Source of the DNA: Limisalsivibrio acetivorans
GTDB lineage: Bacteria; Chrysiogenota; Deferribacteres; Deferribacterales; Geovibrionaceae
NCBI RefSeq assembly: GCF_000421105.1
Contig: NZ_ATWF01000001.1
Span: forward strand, 328,668 to 360,667
Direction: 5' to 3'
Length of the DNA stretch: 32,000 bases
The notes under the pieces are model-generated. The model was not told the DNA's origin. It was given only the letters and a program-made list of their open reading frames with translations, and did no database searches. The position numbers and the translations under genes are program-made. Positions 1 through 7,639 of the stretch are shown piece after piece (position 1 is the stretch's first letter; each line of letters begins with the position of its first letter).

Positions 1-1203
1 GAAGCCCTCTTCATCGATCTTTGCAAGATCGCCCGTGAAGAGCCAGCCGTTGCGGATGGTTTCGTTGGTGAGGCCGGGCATGTTCCAGTAACCCTTCATC
101 ACGTTCGGACCCCGCACGATAAGCTCGCCAACCTCGCCCAAGGGGAGCTCCATCTCTCTCTCATCCACAACCTTAACCTCAACGCCGTCTAGTGCAGGAC
201 CAACGGAGAGGGGCTTCTGCTTCTTTGTGAAGTTTACGGAAACAACGGGGGAAGCCTCTGAAAGGCCGTAGCCTTCGATGATAGGCTTACCGAACTTTTC
301 GCTGAAGCCTTCTATGATCTCCTCGGGCAGTGGGGCACCGCCGCTTACATGGAGGCGGATAGGGTAAACGAACTTCCTGAACCATGCGGGCATGCTCGAT
401 TTGTTAAGTGCGATATACACCTGGGGAATGCCGAGGAAGAAGGTGGGCCGCTGGAATATGAGAACCTTCTTGAAGCTCTTCTTCTTAAGCTCCTGAACCC
501 CTTTAAGTATAATAATCGATGCTCCGCAGTAGGGGGGGAGGATTACGCATGTCATGAGTGCATAGGAGTGAAACGCCGGAAGAAACAGTAGGAACCTGTC
601 GTTTCGCTTTACCTTGAATCGCTTAAGACAAGCATCCGCATTGGACACAAGGTTGCTGTGGCTGAGTACAGCCCCCTTGGGGTGTCCTGTTGTTCCAGAG
701 GAATAGATGATAACCGCCGTATCGTCACCCGATAGCCCCGTTTCCACATCGTTATCGGAGAAATCCGCAGACAGGGTGTAGAGGTTCTCCGAACGGAAGC
801 CGGTCTCCTCATAGCTCATTATACCCTTGAGGTTCTCAGCCTCTTTTTCGATGCCTGAGGCGGCCTCGTGGAAGGCGGGTGATGTTATAAGGTATTTCGC
901 ACCGCTGTCGTTGAGGATGTATGCCACCTCATCCCTCTTAAGGAAGGTGTTTACGGGTACGAATACCGCTCCGCATTTAGTTACAGCGAAGAGGCTTATG
1001 ATAAACTCCGGCGAGTTTTCAAGGAGACAGCATACCCTGTCCCCCTTTGAAACACCTTTAGTCATAAGGGCTGATGCTATGCGGTTGGTAAGCTTGTTTA
1101 TCTGATCGTAGGTGTATTTTTCACCTTCATATCGCAGGAAGGGCTTCCCTCCTCTTTTCGAAGCGTTTGAGAAGAGAATATTAGGCAGGTTTTCAAAACT
1201 CAT
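1..1203 (-). CDS. AMP-dependent acyl-CoA synthetase / long-chain fatty acid--CoA ligase; 3' end runs off the left window edge
   Basis: Hand translation of the minus strand from ATG 1203..1201 stays open to position 1 (401 codons): MSFENLPNILFSNASKRGGKPF... It contains the AMP-binding signature IIYSSGTTGHPKGAVLSH, then GYGLSEASP and GWLFTGDLAKIDEEGF. It is absent from the ORF track because no stop lies inside the window. Confidence 0.85.
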   Translation of the reverse strand, partial: MSFENLPNILFSNASKRGGKPFLRYEGEKYTYDQINKLTNRIASALMTKGVSKGDRVCCLLENSPEFIISLFAVTKCGAVFVPVNTFLKRDEVAYILNDSGAKYLITSPAFHEAASGIEKEAENLKGIMSYEETGFRSENLYTLSADFSDNDVETGLSGDDTAVIIYSSGTTGHPKGAVLSHSNLVSNADACLKRFKVKRNDRFLLFLPAFHSYALMTCVILPPYCGASIIILKGVQELKKKSFKKVLIFQRPTFFLGIPQVYIALNKSSMPAWFRKFVYPIRLHVSGGAPLPEEIIEGFSEKFGKPIIEGYGLSEASPVVSVNFTKKQKPLSVGPALDGVEVKVVDEREMELPLGEVGELIVRGPNVMKGYWNMPGLTNETIRNGWLFTGDLAKIDEEGF

Positions 1204-1795
1204 GGAGACCTCCGGGACGAACCCCCAGCTTCAGCATCCTCTGGAACAGTTCGCTTACAGGAAGGCCCACAACGTTGTCGTAGTCCCCCTCTATACGTTT
1301 GACCATAAGGCATCCCTTACCCTGTATGGCATAGGAGCCGGCCTTATCGAAGGGCTCTTCGGTTTCGATATACCAGTCTATAAAGTCATCGGTGAAATCC
1401 CTGAAGAATACCTTTGTGGATTCGTAGAAGCGTTCGCAGAATCCCTCACGCTTGTTTATAAGGGCAACGCCTGTGATAACCTCATGTTCGTTGCCGCTAA
1501 GCTTGCGCAGAGTATTACGTACATCATCGCCACTTTTGGGCTTTCCGTACATAATACCCTCATGAATTACGATGGTATCTGCGGCTATGATAAAGGCATC
1601 GTCATAAAGGTTGCTTACGTTGTAGGCCTTCATGGCGGCAACCTTCATTGCCTGATCTCCGAAGGGGTCACTATCGTTAAATTCTTCCTTCACATCGCTT
1701 GTTACGTACTGGAAGTTGATATTCAGCCTGCTCATGAGTTCCCTTCTTCTGGGGGAGCCGCTGGCGAGAATTATTGATTGATACATATTAGGCAA
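1193..1795 (-). CDS. maf: Maf-like nucleoside triphosphate pyrophosphatase (septum formation protein Maf)
   Basis: The 200-aa ORF carries the N-terminal IILASGSPRRRELM motif and the C-terminal KAGSYAIQG motif typical of Maf/YhdE. The start could be the 4th codon (MYQS, 1786). The stop overlaps the acyl-CoA ligase start by 11 nt. Confidence 0.9.
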   Translation of the reverse strand: MPNMYQSIILASGSPRRRELMSRLNINFQYVTSDVKEEFNDSDPFGDQAMKVAAMKAYNVSNLYDDAFIIAADTIVIHEGIMYGKPKSGDDVRNTLRKLSGNEHEVITGVALINKREGFCERFYESTKVFFRDFTDDFIDWYIETEEPFDKAGSYAIQGKGCLMVKRIEGDYDNVVGLPVSELFQRMLKLGVRPGGLHEF

Positions 1796-2315
1796 CCTCG
1801 GTAGAATTTTCTGCGTGTTCGAGCAGTTTGAGAGTCAGGTAACCTGTGACGGTTCCGGTCAGCACTGCAATAACGGCAAACCACGGAAGCAGAGCGTAGA
1901 GTGCATGGCTCCTGATATAGAGCGTATTCACCATAACAAACTGTATGCAGATATGGACAAATCCGCCCAGTGCTCCCATGCTTACCGGACTTATGTATTT
2001 AACGCAAAATTTGTGATATGTCAGCATGAAAAAAGCCGCCGCCATTGTGGCGGGGAGACCTATGGAGAGTTTCACTATCATATTCCCTGTGAGCAGGGGG
2101 ACCAGAACGCTCTTTATCAGAGCCACTGTGAAGGCTGCCGGAGCATCAAGAACCCAGATGGCGAGCATTATGCCTATATTTGAAAGCCCCAACCTTACAC
2201 CGGGTAACGGCAGGGGGATCATGTTTTCCACAACACCCAGAACGAGCGTCAGGGCAGCGTAAACACCTATGCGGGCGATCCTATCTTGATACTGCATCAG
2301 CCTCTGCCCCGTCAC
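1788..2315 (-). CDS. Gx transporter family membrane protein (Pfam Hpre_diP_synt_I type; the name is probably a misnomer)
   Basis: A 175-aa polytopic membrane protein. ENMIPLPLPGVRLGLSNIGIMLAI matches the conserved E-x-x-(I/L)-P-x-P-x-P-G-(V/I)-(K/R)-L-G-L-(A/S)-N core I recall for this family. It is adjacent to a NusG-II protein and ApbE, as is usual for the family. Confidence 0.7.
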   Translation of the reverse strand: MTGQRLMQYQDRIARIGVYAALTLVLGVVENMIPLPLPGVRLGLSNIGIMLAIWVLDAPAAFTVALIKSVLVPLLTGNMIVKLSIGLPATMAAAFFMLTYHKFCVKYISPVSMGALGGFVHICIQFVMVNTLYIRSHALYALLPWFAVIAVLTGTVTGYLTLKLLEHAENSTEVA

Positions 2316-2679
2316 TGCACTCTATATAGACAGCAACCTTGTTCGGTGCGCAGACCGCCGCCTCACCGCATCCGCTTATCCACCCTGTGCGTATGCAGAC
2401 CTTCGCATTGCAGTCCGATTCTATGAAGCGAACTCTGGAGTTATTGACCTCCAGGATAACATGATTTCCGATTTCATCGGTCAGGTCATACGTACTGTCA
2501 TGAAAGGGGAGGGTGCGTTTATCTTTCTCTGTGACTAAAATGATGCTGGGGGCTCCATCACCTGTGAAGATGCCTCGCAGGGATATGGCGAATATAAGAA
2601 GGATCGCTATAACCAGGGCATCGGCTATCCTAGGTTTCAAATCTCCCCCAGCCGCAGAGCTTAATTGCGGTTCTATCAT
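2281..2679 (-). CDS. NusG domain II-containing protein (DUF1312), membrane anchored
   Basis: A 132-aa ORF with one N-terminal TM helix. The C-terminal RFIESDCNAKVCIRTGWISGCGEAAVCAPNKVAVYIE matches the family pattern (CP-DK-C...GWI...G...CLPNK). It overlaps both neighbouring genes. Confidence 0.65.
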   Translation of the reverse strand: MIEPQLSSAAGGDLKPRIADALVIAILLIFAISLRGIFTGDGAPSIILVTEKDKRTLPFHDSTYDLTDEIGNHVILEVNNSRVRFIESDCNAKVCIRTGWISGCGEAAVCAPNKVAVYIECSDGAEADAVSR

Positions 2680-3580
2680 GCTTGTAAAGCATTACCGGGG
2701 TATCCAGCTTCTCACAAAGGATTTCAACCTCTTCGGGGGGGAGAAGGAAATACACCGTTGCAAGGCCATCCGCCTCCATACAGCTCTCTGCAATCACGCT
2801 GACACTTTTATAAAGCCTGGCAGGTTTTCCCGTTTTAGCATTGAGGATGTGGTGGTATATTACTCCGTCACGCTCGAAGAAACGTTCGTAATCGCCGCTG
2901 GTGGCTATGGCTTTGTCCTTGAGAAGAACAGTGGTAAGGATGTTTTCCGGATCGTCGGGGTGTTTGACAGCTATGCGCCATTTGCCGCTATTCTTCTCGC
3001 CGAAGGCGTATAGATCACCGCCGGCATTTACAATCCCTGCGGTTTCTCCAGCTTCCATCATTGCTTCTGCTGCTTTATCCACAATGAAGCCCTTGGAGTA
3101 TGCCCCTGTATCTATGGTTGTTTCGCTGACCTTTACAATCCTATCCCTTGTGAGCAGCTCCGCTTTTATCCCCGTTTTTGTGAGTGCGTGCTCAATCTCA
3201 TTCTCCGATGGAACACGGTAGGGACCCTCCGGGAATCCGTATAACTTAACAAGTCCGCCGGTGGATATATCGAACCTGCCGCCTGAAAGCTTGCTCAGTT
3301 CTGCGGCGTAGTCGAATAGGATGCGCCAGTTCTCAGAGGTTTCTATGAAAGCGCCGTCCTCTGCAACTGTGTAATTGTCCTCAAAGGATGTTATTCGATT
3401 CTCAAGGGTGTTAACAGTGTCTGCGGCTGCCTTGACGGCATCCTGCATCCCATTTTCCGAGCGGATCTCAACCAGTGTTCCGAGAGCATAAAAGATCCTT
3501 TTCTCCGGTTCATCTGCGCAGGATAATATCGTTATGCTTATTAGAAGGAGAAGTAGAGTTCTGCCGAGCAATGCGGGCAT
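2630..3580 (-). CDS. apbE: FAD:protein FMN transferase ApbE, probable lipoprotein
   Basis: A 316-aa ORF. It has a signal peptide with lipobox-like ILSC, plus ApbE-like segments (YALGTLVEI, DISTGGLVKLYGF, IATSGDYERFF, YHHILN, DGLATV). Confidence 0.85.
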   Translation of the reverse strand: MPALLGRTLLLLLISITILSCADEPEKRIFYALGTLVEIRSENGMQDAVKAAADTVNTLENRITSFEDNYTVAEDGAFIETSENWRILFDYAAELSKLSGGRFDISTGGLVKLYGFPEGPYRVPSENEIEHALTKTGIKAELLTRDRIVKVSETTIDTGAYSKGFIVDKAAEAMMEAGETAGIVNAGGDLYAFGEKNSGKWRIAVKHPDDPENILTTVLLKDKAIATSGDYERFFERDGVIYHHILNAKTGKPARLYKSVSVIAESCMEADGLATVYFLLPPEEVEILCEKLDTPVMLYKHDRTAIKLCGWGRFET

Positions 3581-4518
3581 ATATTCTCTCCGATGTATGA
3601 TTGTGTGCGGTAGCCTGAACGGTTAACAAGTATCCTTGAGCAGGAGGGGCAGAAGGTATCCTGATTTCCCGGAACATTGCCCAGGTATACGTAGTGAAGC
3701 TTTTTCAGGGCCTTGTCCTTCATGGTCTGCAAAGTTTCTGTCGGTGTTGCGGGCTCTTTAGATTTGTGGTTCGGGAAGTATCTGGACAGGTGCAGGGGAA
3801 TCCTTTTGTCTATTCCGGCTATGAAATCGATCATCTGTGTGAATGTTGCCATATCATCGTTAAGCCCGGGAATGACAAGGTTTGTCAACTCAAGGTGTAC
3901 CCCGCAGCTGTGCAGGATCCTGATGGTTCGTTTAACGTCCTCGAGCCTGCCGGAGATCCCTTTGTAGAAATCCTCTGTGTAGCCCTTAAGATCAATATTT
4001 GCTGCATCGATAAGAGGGGCAAGCTCCCTCATAGGCTCCTCATTGATAAAACCGTTGCTTACGATGATATTCTTAAGACCAGCTTCACGAAAGCGCACAG
4101 AGCAGTCGTATACAAACTCGTACCACACAAGCGGTTCGTTGTAAGTGTACGCTGCACCTATACTGTTTTCACGTTTGGCTGTTTTAACAAGATAGTCCGC
4201 AGAGGTTTCGTTCCGCTCAGTTTCTGATGTGCTTATGTTCCAGTTCTGGCAGAAGGGGCAGGTGAGGTTACACCCGTTTGTTCCAACACTAAGGATCTGC
4301 GAGCCGGGGTGGAAGTGATAGAGCGGCTTCTTTTCAATGGGGTCAACGCCGGCGCCTGCAACTTCGGCGTAGGCGGTCTGCATAAACTGGCCGTCTATAT
4401 TTTTACGTATGCGGCATATACCGCCGTTACCGGGGCTAATAACACAGCGGTGCGGGCAAAGGCCGCATTCAACCTTGCCGTCGGCCCGCTTTTCATACCA
4501 GCGAGCCTCGATATTCAT
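3541..4518 (-). CDS. AmmeMemoRadiSam-system radical SAM enzyme (PFL-activase-like)
   Basis: The N-terminal CGLCPHRCVISPGNGGICRIRKN cluster, then the radical-SAM motif GCNLTCPFCQNW. The track ORF extends to 4554. I prefer MNIEARWYE (ATG at 4518), which gives a TAATG 1-nt overlap with the ispB stop. Confidence 0.8.
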   Translation of the reverse strand: MNIEARWYEKRADGKVECGLCPHRCVISPGNGGICRIRKNIDGQFMQTAYAEVAGAGVDPIEKKPLYHFHPGSQILSVGTNGCNLTCPFCQNWNISTSETERNETSADYLVKTAKRENSIGAAYTYNEPLVWYEFVYDCSVRFREAGLKNIIVSNGFINEEPMRELAPLIDAANIDLKGYTEDFYKGISGRLEDVKRTIRILHSCGVHLELTNLVIPGLNDDMATFTQMIDFIAGIDKRIPLHLSRYFPNHKSKEPATPTETLQTMKDKALKKLHYVYLGNVPGNQDTFCPSCSRILVNRSGYRTQSYIGENICPHCSAELYFSF

Positions 4519-5492
4519 TATTCTTCCCTTTTTATCATGTGATCCGCAAGGCATTCAAGGGCCCTGCGGTATTCGCTCTCGGGGAACATGTCCAGATTCT
4601 GTTTGGCGAGGGCAGTATACCTGTCCACAACCTCTTCCGACTTCTTCTTTACATCGTATTTTTTCATCAGTGACGTGATGTAGTCAAGGTTTTCATCGGT
4701 GGTTTTGTCCGAAACAATTATACTTCTTATCTCTTTTTTCTCTGCCTCTGTGGCAGATTCAATAAGAAGGATTACGGGGAGGGTTATCTTCCCTTCGTTC
4801 AGATCCGTTCCGGGCTTTTTACCTGTTTTACTCTCATCACCAAGGTAGTCTAGGATGTCGTCACTCATCTGGAAGGCTATCCCCAGATTCTTGCCGAACT
4901 CTCTGAGTGCGACCTGTTTATCGTTGCCAGCCTCGCCAAGTATCGCTCCGATCTCGCAACAGCTGGAGAAGAGTATGGCGGTTTTGCTGTTTATTATCTT
5001 AAGATAGTCATCAAGGGTTATCTTTATATCTGCGGTTTTTACAAGCTGGAAGACCTCCCCCTCGCTCATGGTTCTGGCGGCAACTGCCAGAATCATCTGC
5101 ACCTCAGGGCTGCCATCCTTAACAAGGTTCATGAAAGCTCTGGAATAGAGAAAATCCCCGCAGAGAACCGTTATGTCATTTCCGAAGACGTTGTTTGCAC
5201 TCTTTCTCCCGCGGCGGTATTTCGCACCGTCGATAACATCGTCATGGAGAAGGGTTGCGGTATGGATATATTCCACTACGCCGCTGAGCACTATGGAACG
5301 GGGTCCATTATACCCGCAGAGGAGGGACGATAAAACGAGAAAAACGGGGCGAAGACGCTTACCGCCGCTCTCGAATACGTATGACGCTACTTCATTAACC
5401 ATCGGAACATCGGAGTCAAGGTTGGCAAGAAGCTCCTTCTCCACCTCATCCCTCTGGTTTTCAACCATTTTTAAGACATTTTCCAAGATCAT
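4518..5492 (-). CDS. ispB: All-trans polyprenyl-diphosphate synthase (octaprenyl/heptaprenyl type)
   Basis: A 324-aa ORF with both aspartate-rich motifs: LLHDDVIDGAKYRRG (FARM) and QMSDDILDY (SARM). GGKRLRP lies near the N-terminus. Confidence 0.9.
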   Translation of the reverse strand: MILENVLKMVENQRDEVEKELLANLDSDVPMVNEVASYVFESGGKRLRPVFLVLSSLLCGYNGPRSIVLSGVVEYIHTATLLHDDVIDGAKYRRGRKSANNVFGNDITVLCGDFLYSRAFMNLVKDGSPEVQMILAVAARTMSEGEVFQLVKTADIKITLDDYLKIINSKTAILFSSCCEIGAILGEAGNDKQVALREFGKNLGIAFQMSDDILDYLGDESKTGKKPGTDLNEGKITLPVILLIESATEAEKKEIRSIIVSDKTTDENLDYITSLMKKYDVKKKSEEVVDRYTALAKQNLDMFPESEYRRALECLADHMIKREE

Positions 5493-5651
5493 GCTCTTTT
5501 AGCTTTCCCTCTTGAGTTGAAATTTCGGGCTTATGCTACTATCCTAAATATGACAGTTTACAGTTTATTGATGAAGTCTGCCCGAAAAGACGTTCTCAGA
5601 ATATATTATTACTTGTTCTGTGTAAAGCAAAAGTAGGGCGAGGAGACAAGG

Positions 5652-6335
5652 TTGAGCTACACTAGCATGGAAGACGCACACCTTACATACTACAAACTGA
5701 TGGATGGCCTTGAAAGCCTGCTCAATATCGGTTCGGGGAAGGTTCTTGATCTTTCATTCAATGATTTTGTGACAGCACGGCACATGGTCGACAACAGAGG
5801 GGTTCATGAGGTCCGATCGGTATCGGACATGAAGGTTATCTGTTATCCCGGCATAGAAGCTGTTCGTATAGATAGGAACCTCTCCTACACTATCAGGAGG
5901 ATGCGGGCAGACACCATAGTATCCCTGGGCGGTTCCTTCCGGTTCCAGCCGATACACGACGTTATGTACTCAATCCATGGCTGCCTCTCCGTTGGGGGGA
6001 GGGTGCTTATAGCGGTTTATCCCGGTCTCTACAACATGAAAGGTAAGGATATGCTTGCGGCATATAGCGCCGGCTCAGGTATCCCTGTCGCAGAGAAGCT
6101 ATCTAGATGGCACAAAACCGTATTTAACACGATCTCAAACCTCTTTGTTAACGTGAAGCAGGAAGAGGTTATCATGGACACCGACCCTGGTGAGGTCATG
6201 GCCCTTTTCTCCTCGGACTGTTTCTACCGCTATCTCTTCCGTGATTCAGCGGATTACGACAAGTTCTTCTCCCTCATCGGGGAAGAGAACCGCTATGTTC
6301 TCTCATGGAAGGTTATTAACGCTCTTAAGGTATAA
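5652..6335 (+). CDS. Hypothetical protein, class-I methyltransferase-like fold with a degenerate SAM loop
   Basis: A 227-aa ORF with a TTG start 6 nt after GAGGAG. GKVLDLSFNDF sits where VLDLGCGTG would be. ADTIVSLGGSFRF and LSVGGRVLIAV resemble MTase post-II/III motifs. The family assignment is tentative. Confidence 0.45.
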   Translation: MSYTSMEDAHLTYYKLMDGLESLLNIGSGKVLDLSFNDFVTARHMVDNRGVHEVRSVSDMKVICYPGIEAVRIDRNLSYTIRRMRADTIVSLGGSFRFQPIHDVMYSIHGCLSVGGRVLIAVYPGLYNMKGKDMLAAYSAGSGIPVAEKLSRWHKTVFNTISNLFVNVKQEEVIMDTDPGEVMALFSSDCFYRYLFRDSADYDKFFSLIGEENRYVLSWKVINALKV

Positions 6336-6857
6336 TTATTTCCGGCGGTCGAGATATATGTTCTTATACATAACGTACCTGTCGGCGTAGTCACGAATCC
6401 CCTTTATATCCTCCGCACTCAGCTCCTTAACAACCTTGGCCGGGCTACCCATTATCAGCGAACCTGCGGGATATTTCTTTCCCGGAGGGACAAGACTGCC
6501 TGCGGCAACTATGCTGTTTTCGCCGATAACGGCGTCATCCATAACAACGGAGCCGATGCCCACTAGGACGTTGTTCTCAATGGTGCATCCGTGAAGGGTT
6601 ACGGAGTGGCCTATGGTTACAAAATCCTTCAATACTGTGGGGTAGGTATCCTTCGTGACATGGATCACAGAACCGTCCTGTACATTGGAGCACTTCCCGA
6701 TGGAGATCTTCTCCACATCACCCCGGATAACCACGCTGTACCATACACTGCTGTCGTCCCCTAATTCCACATCTCCAATGACAACGGCATTGTCAGCAAC
6801 AAAAACACGTTCGCCGTATTCGGGCCCCTTATCAAGTCTCCTGATGATGTTATCCAT
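6336..6857 (-). CDS. Gamma-carbonic-anhydrase-like / hexapeptide-repeat (LbH) protein, YrdA/PaaY family
   Basis: Left-handed beta-helix repeats are present (VIGDVELGDDSSVWYSVVIRGD, IGKCSNVQDGSVIH, IGHSVTLHGCTI). The track begins at GTG 6860. ATG 6857 lies 7 nt after AGGAGG (rc of 6865-6870) and is the likelier start. Confidence 0.85.
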   Translation of the reverse strand: MDNIIRRLDKGPEYGERVFVADNAVVIGDVELGDDSSVWYSVVIRGDVEKISIGKCSNVQDGSVIHVTKDTYPTVLKDFVTIGHSVTLHGCTIENNVLVGIGSVVMDDAVIGENSIVAAGSLVPPGKKYPAGSLIMGSPAKVVKELSAEDIKGIRDYADRYVMYKNIYLDRRK

Positions 6858-6877
6858 CACTTAACCTCCTAGCATGT

Positions 6878-6894
6878 ATGCGTTATTAACGCAT
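6878..6894. promoter_or_regulatory. Perfect 8-1-8 palindrome ATGCGTTA-T-TAACGCAT, candidate operator
   Basis: Read directly from the sequence. It lies 8 nt upstream of the SD of the gamma-CA-like gene, in the divergent intergenic region shared with the XRE-cupin regulator. Confidence 0.35.
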
Positions 6895-7020
6895 TCTCAT
6901 AAATGAATTATCTCAATTAAAATAACACACTATACAAAATAGTCCATCTGTTAAAGTAATAATCATTGTAAAGCATTTAGTATCCTCATTATTAAAGTTT
7001 GCATTTAATTAACGAAAAAC

Positions 7021-7051
7021 TTGACTTTATCACGATGTTTTAATATATAAT
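7021..7051 (+). promoter_or_regulatory. Sigma-70-like promoter for the XRE-cupin regulator
   Basis: TTGACT (7021-7026) is followed after 17 nt by TATATA (7044-7049), or after 19 nt by TATAAT (7046-7051). Confidence 0.5.
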
Positions 7052-7065
7052 ATAAATTAAGAAAA

Positions 7066-7623
7066 ATGAATATAGCGAGGAAGCAAATGGGCTATGGAAC
7101 AAAACTCAGGGAGATTCGTAAGAAGCTGGGGATGACACTCGAGGATATTTCCCAGAAAACCGGCTTTACCAAGAGCTTTATAAGCCAGATTGAGAATGGA
7201 AAGAACTCCCCCTCTATCGCATCCCTTAAAAAAATATGCTATGCACTCGGCACAACCATAAGCGAGCTCTTCGAAGACGAACGAAATATTGTTAACATCT
7301 TTAAGTACGAGGACTATAACGTACTTAAAAACAAAAGTATAACTATGACCTTCCCCGCATCCAAGCTGGTTAACAGGAAGCTTGAGCCGATTATTATCGA
7401 GCTCGACCCCTACAGCGAAACAGGCTCAGAGAGCTATCAGCACATCGGTGAAGAATTCGGCTACGTGCTTGAGGGTGAGATGAGTGTTGTTATCGGCAAC
7501 GAGGAGCATAACCTCAAACAGGGTGAGTCCATATACTTCAGTTCAAACCTTCCTCATAGGATAAGAAACCGGAATGATAAGCCCGCAAAGGCTTTTTGGG
7601 TGGGTACGCCGCCTAGCTTTTAA
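7066..7623 (+). CDS. XRE-family HTH transcriptional regulator with C-terminal cupin domain
   Basis: The HTH_3 segment is LREIRKKLGMTLEDISQKTGFTKSFISQIENGKNSPSIASLKKICYALG. The cupin segment is HIGEEFGYVLEGEMSVVIGNEEHNLKQGESIYFSSNLPHRIRN. ATG 7087 (MGYGTK), preceded by GAGGAAG, is probably the true start. Confidence 0.85.
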   Translation: MNIARKQMGYGTKLREIRKKLGMTLEDISQKTGFTKSFISQIENGKNSPSIASLKKICYALGTTISELFEDERNIVNIFKYEDYNVLKNKSITMTFPASKLVNRKLEPIIIELDPYSETGSESYQHIGEEFGYVLEGEMSVVIGNEEHNLKQGESIYFSSNLPHRIRNRNDKPAKAFWVGTPPSF

Positions 7624-7639
7624 TATGATTTGGGAAAAA

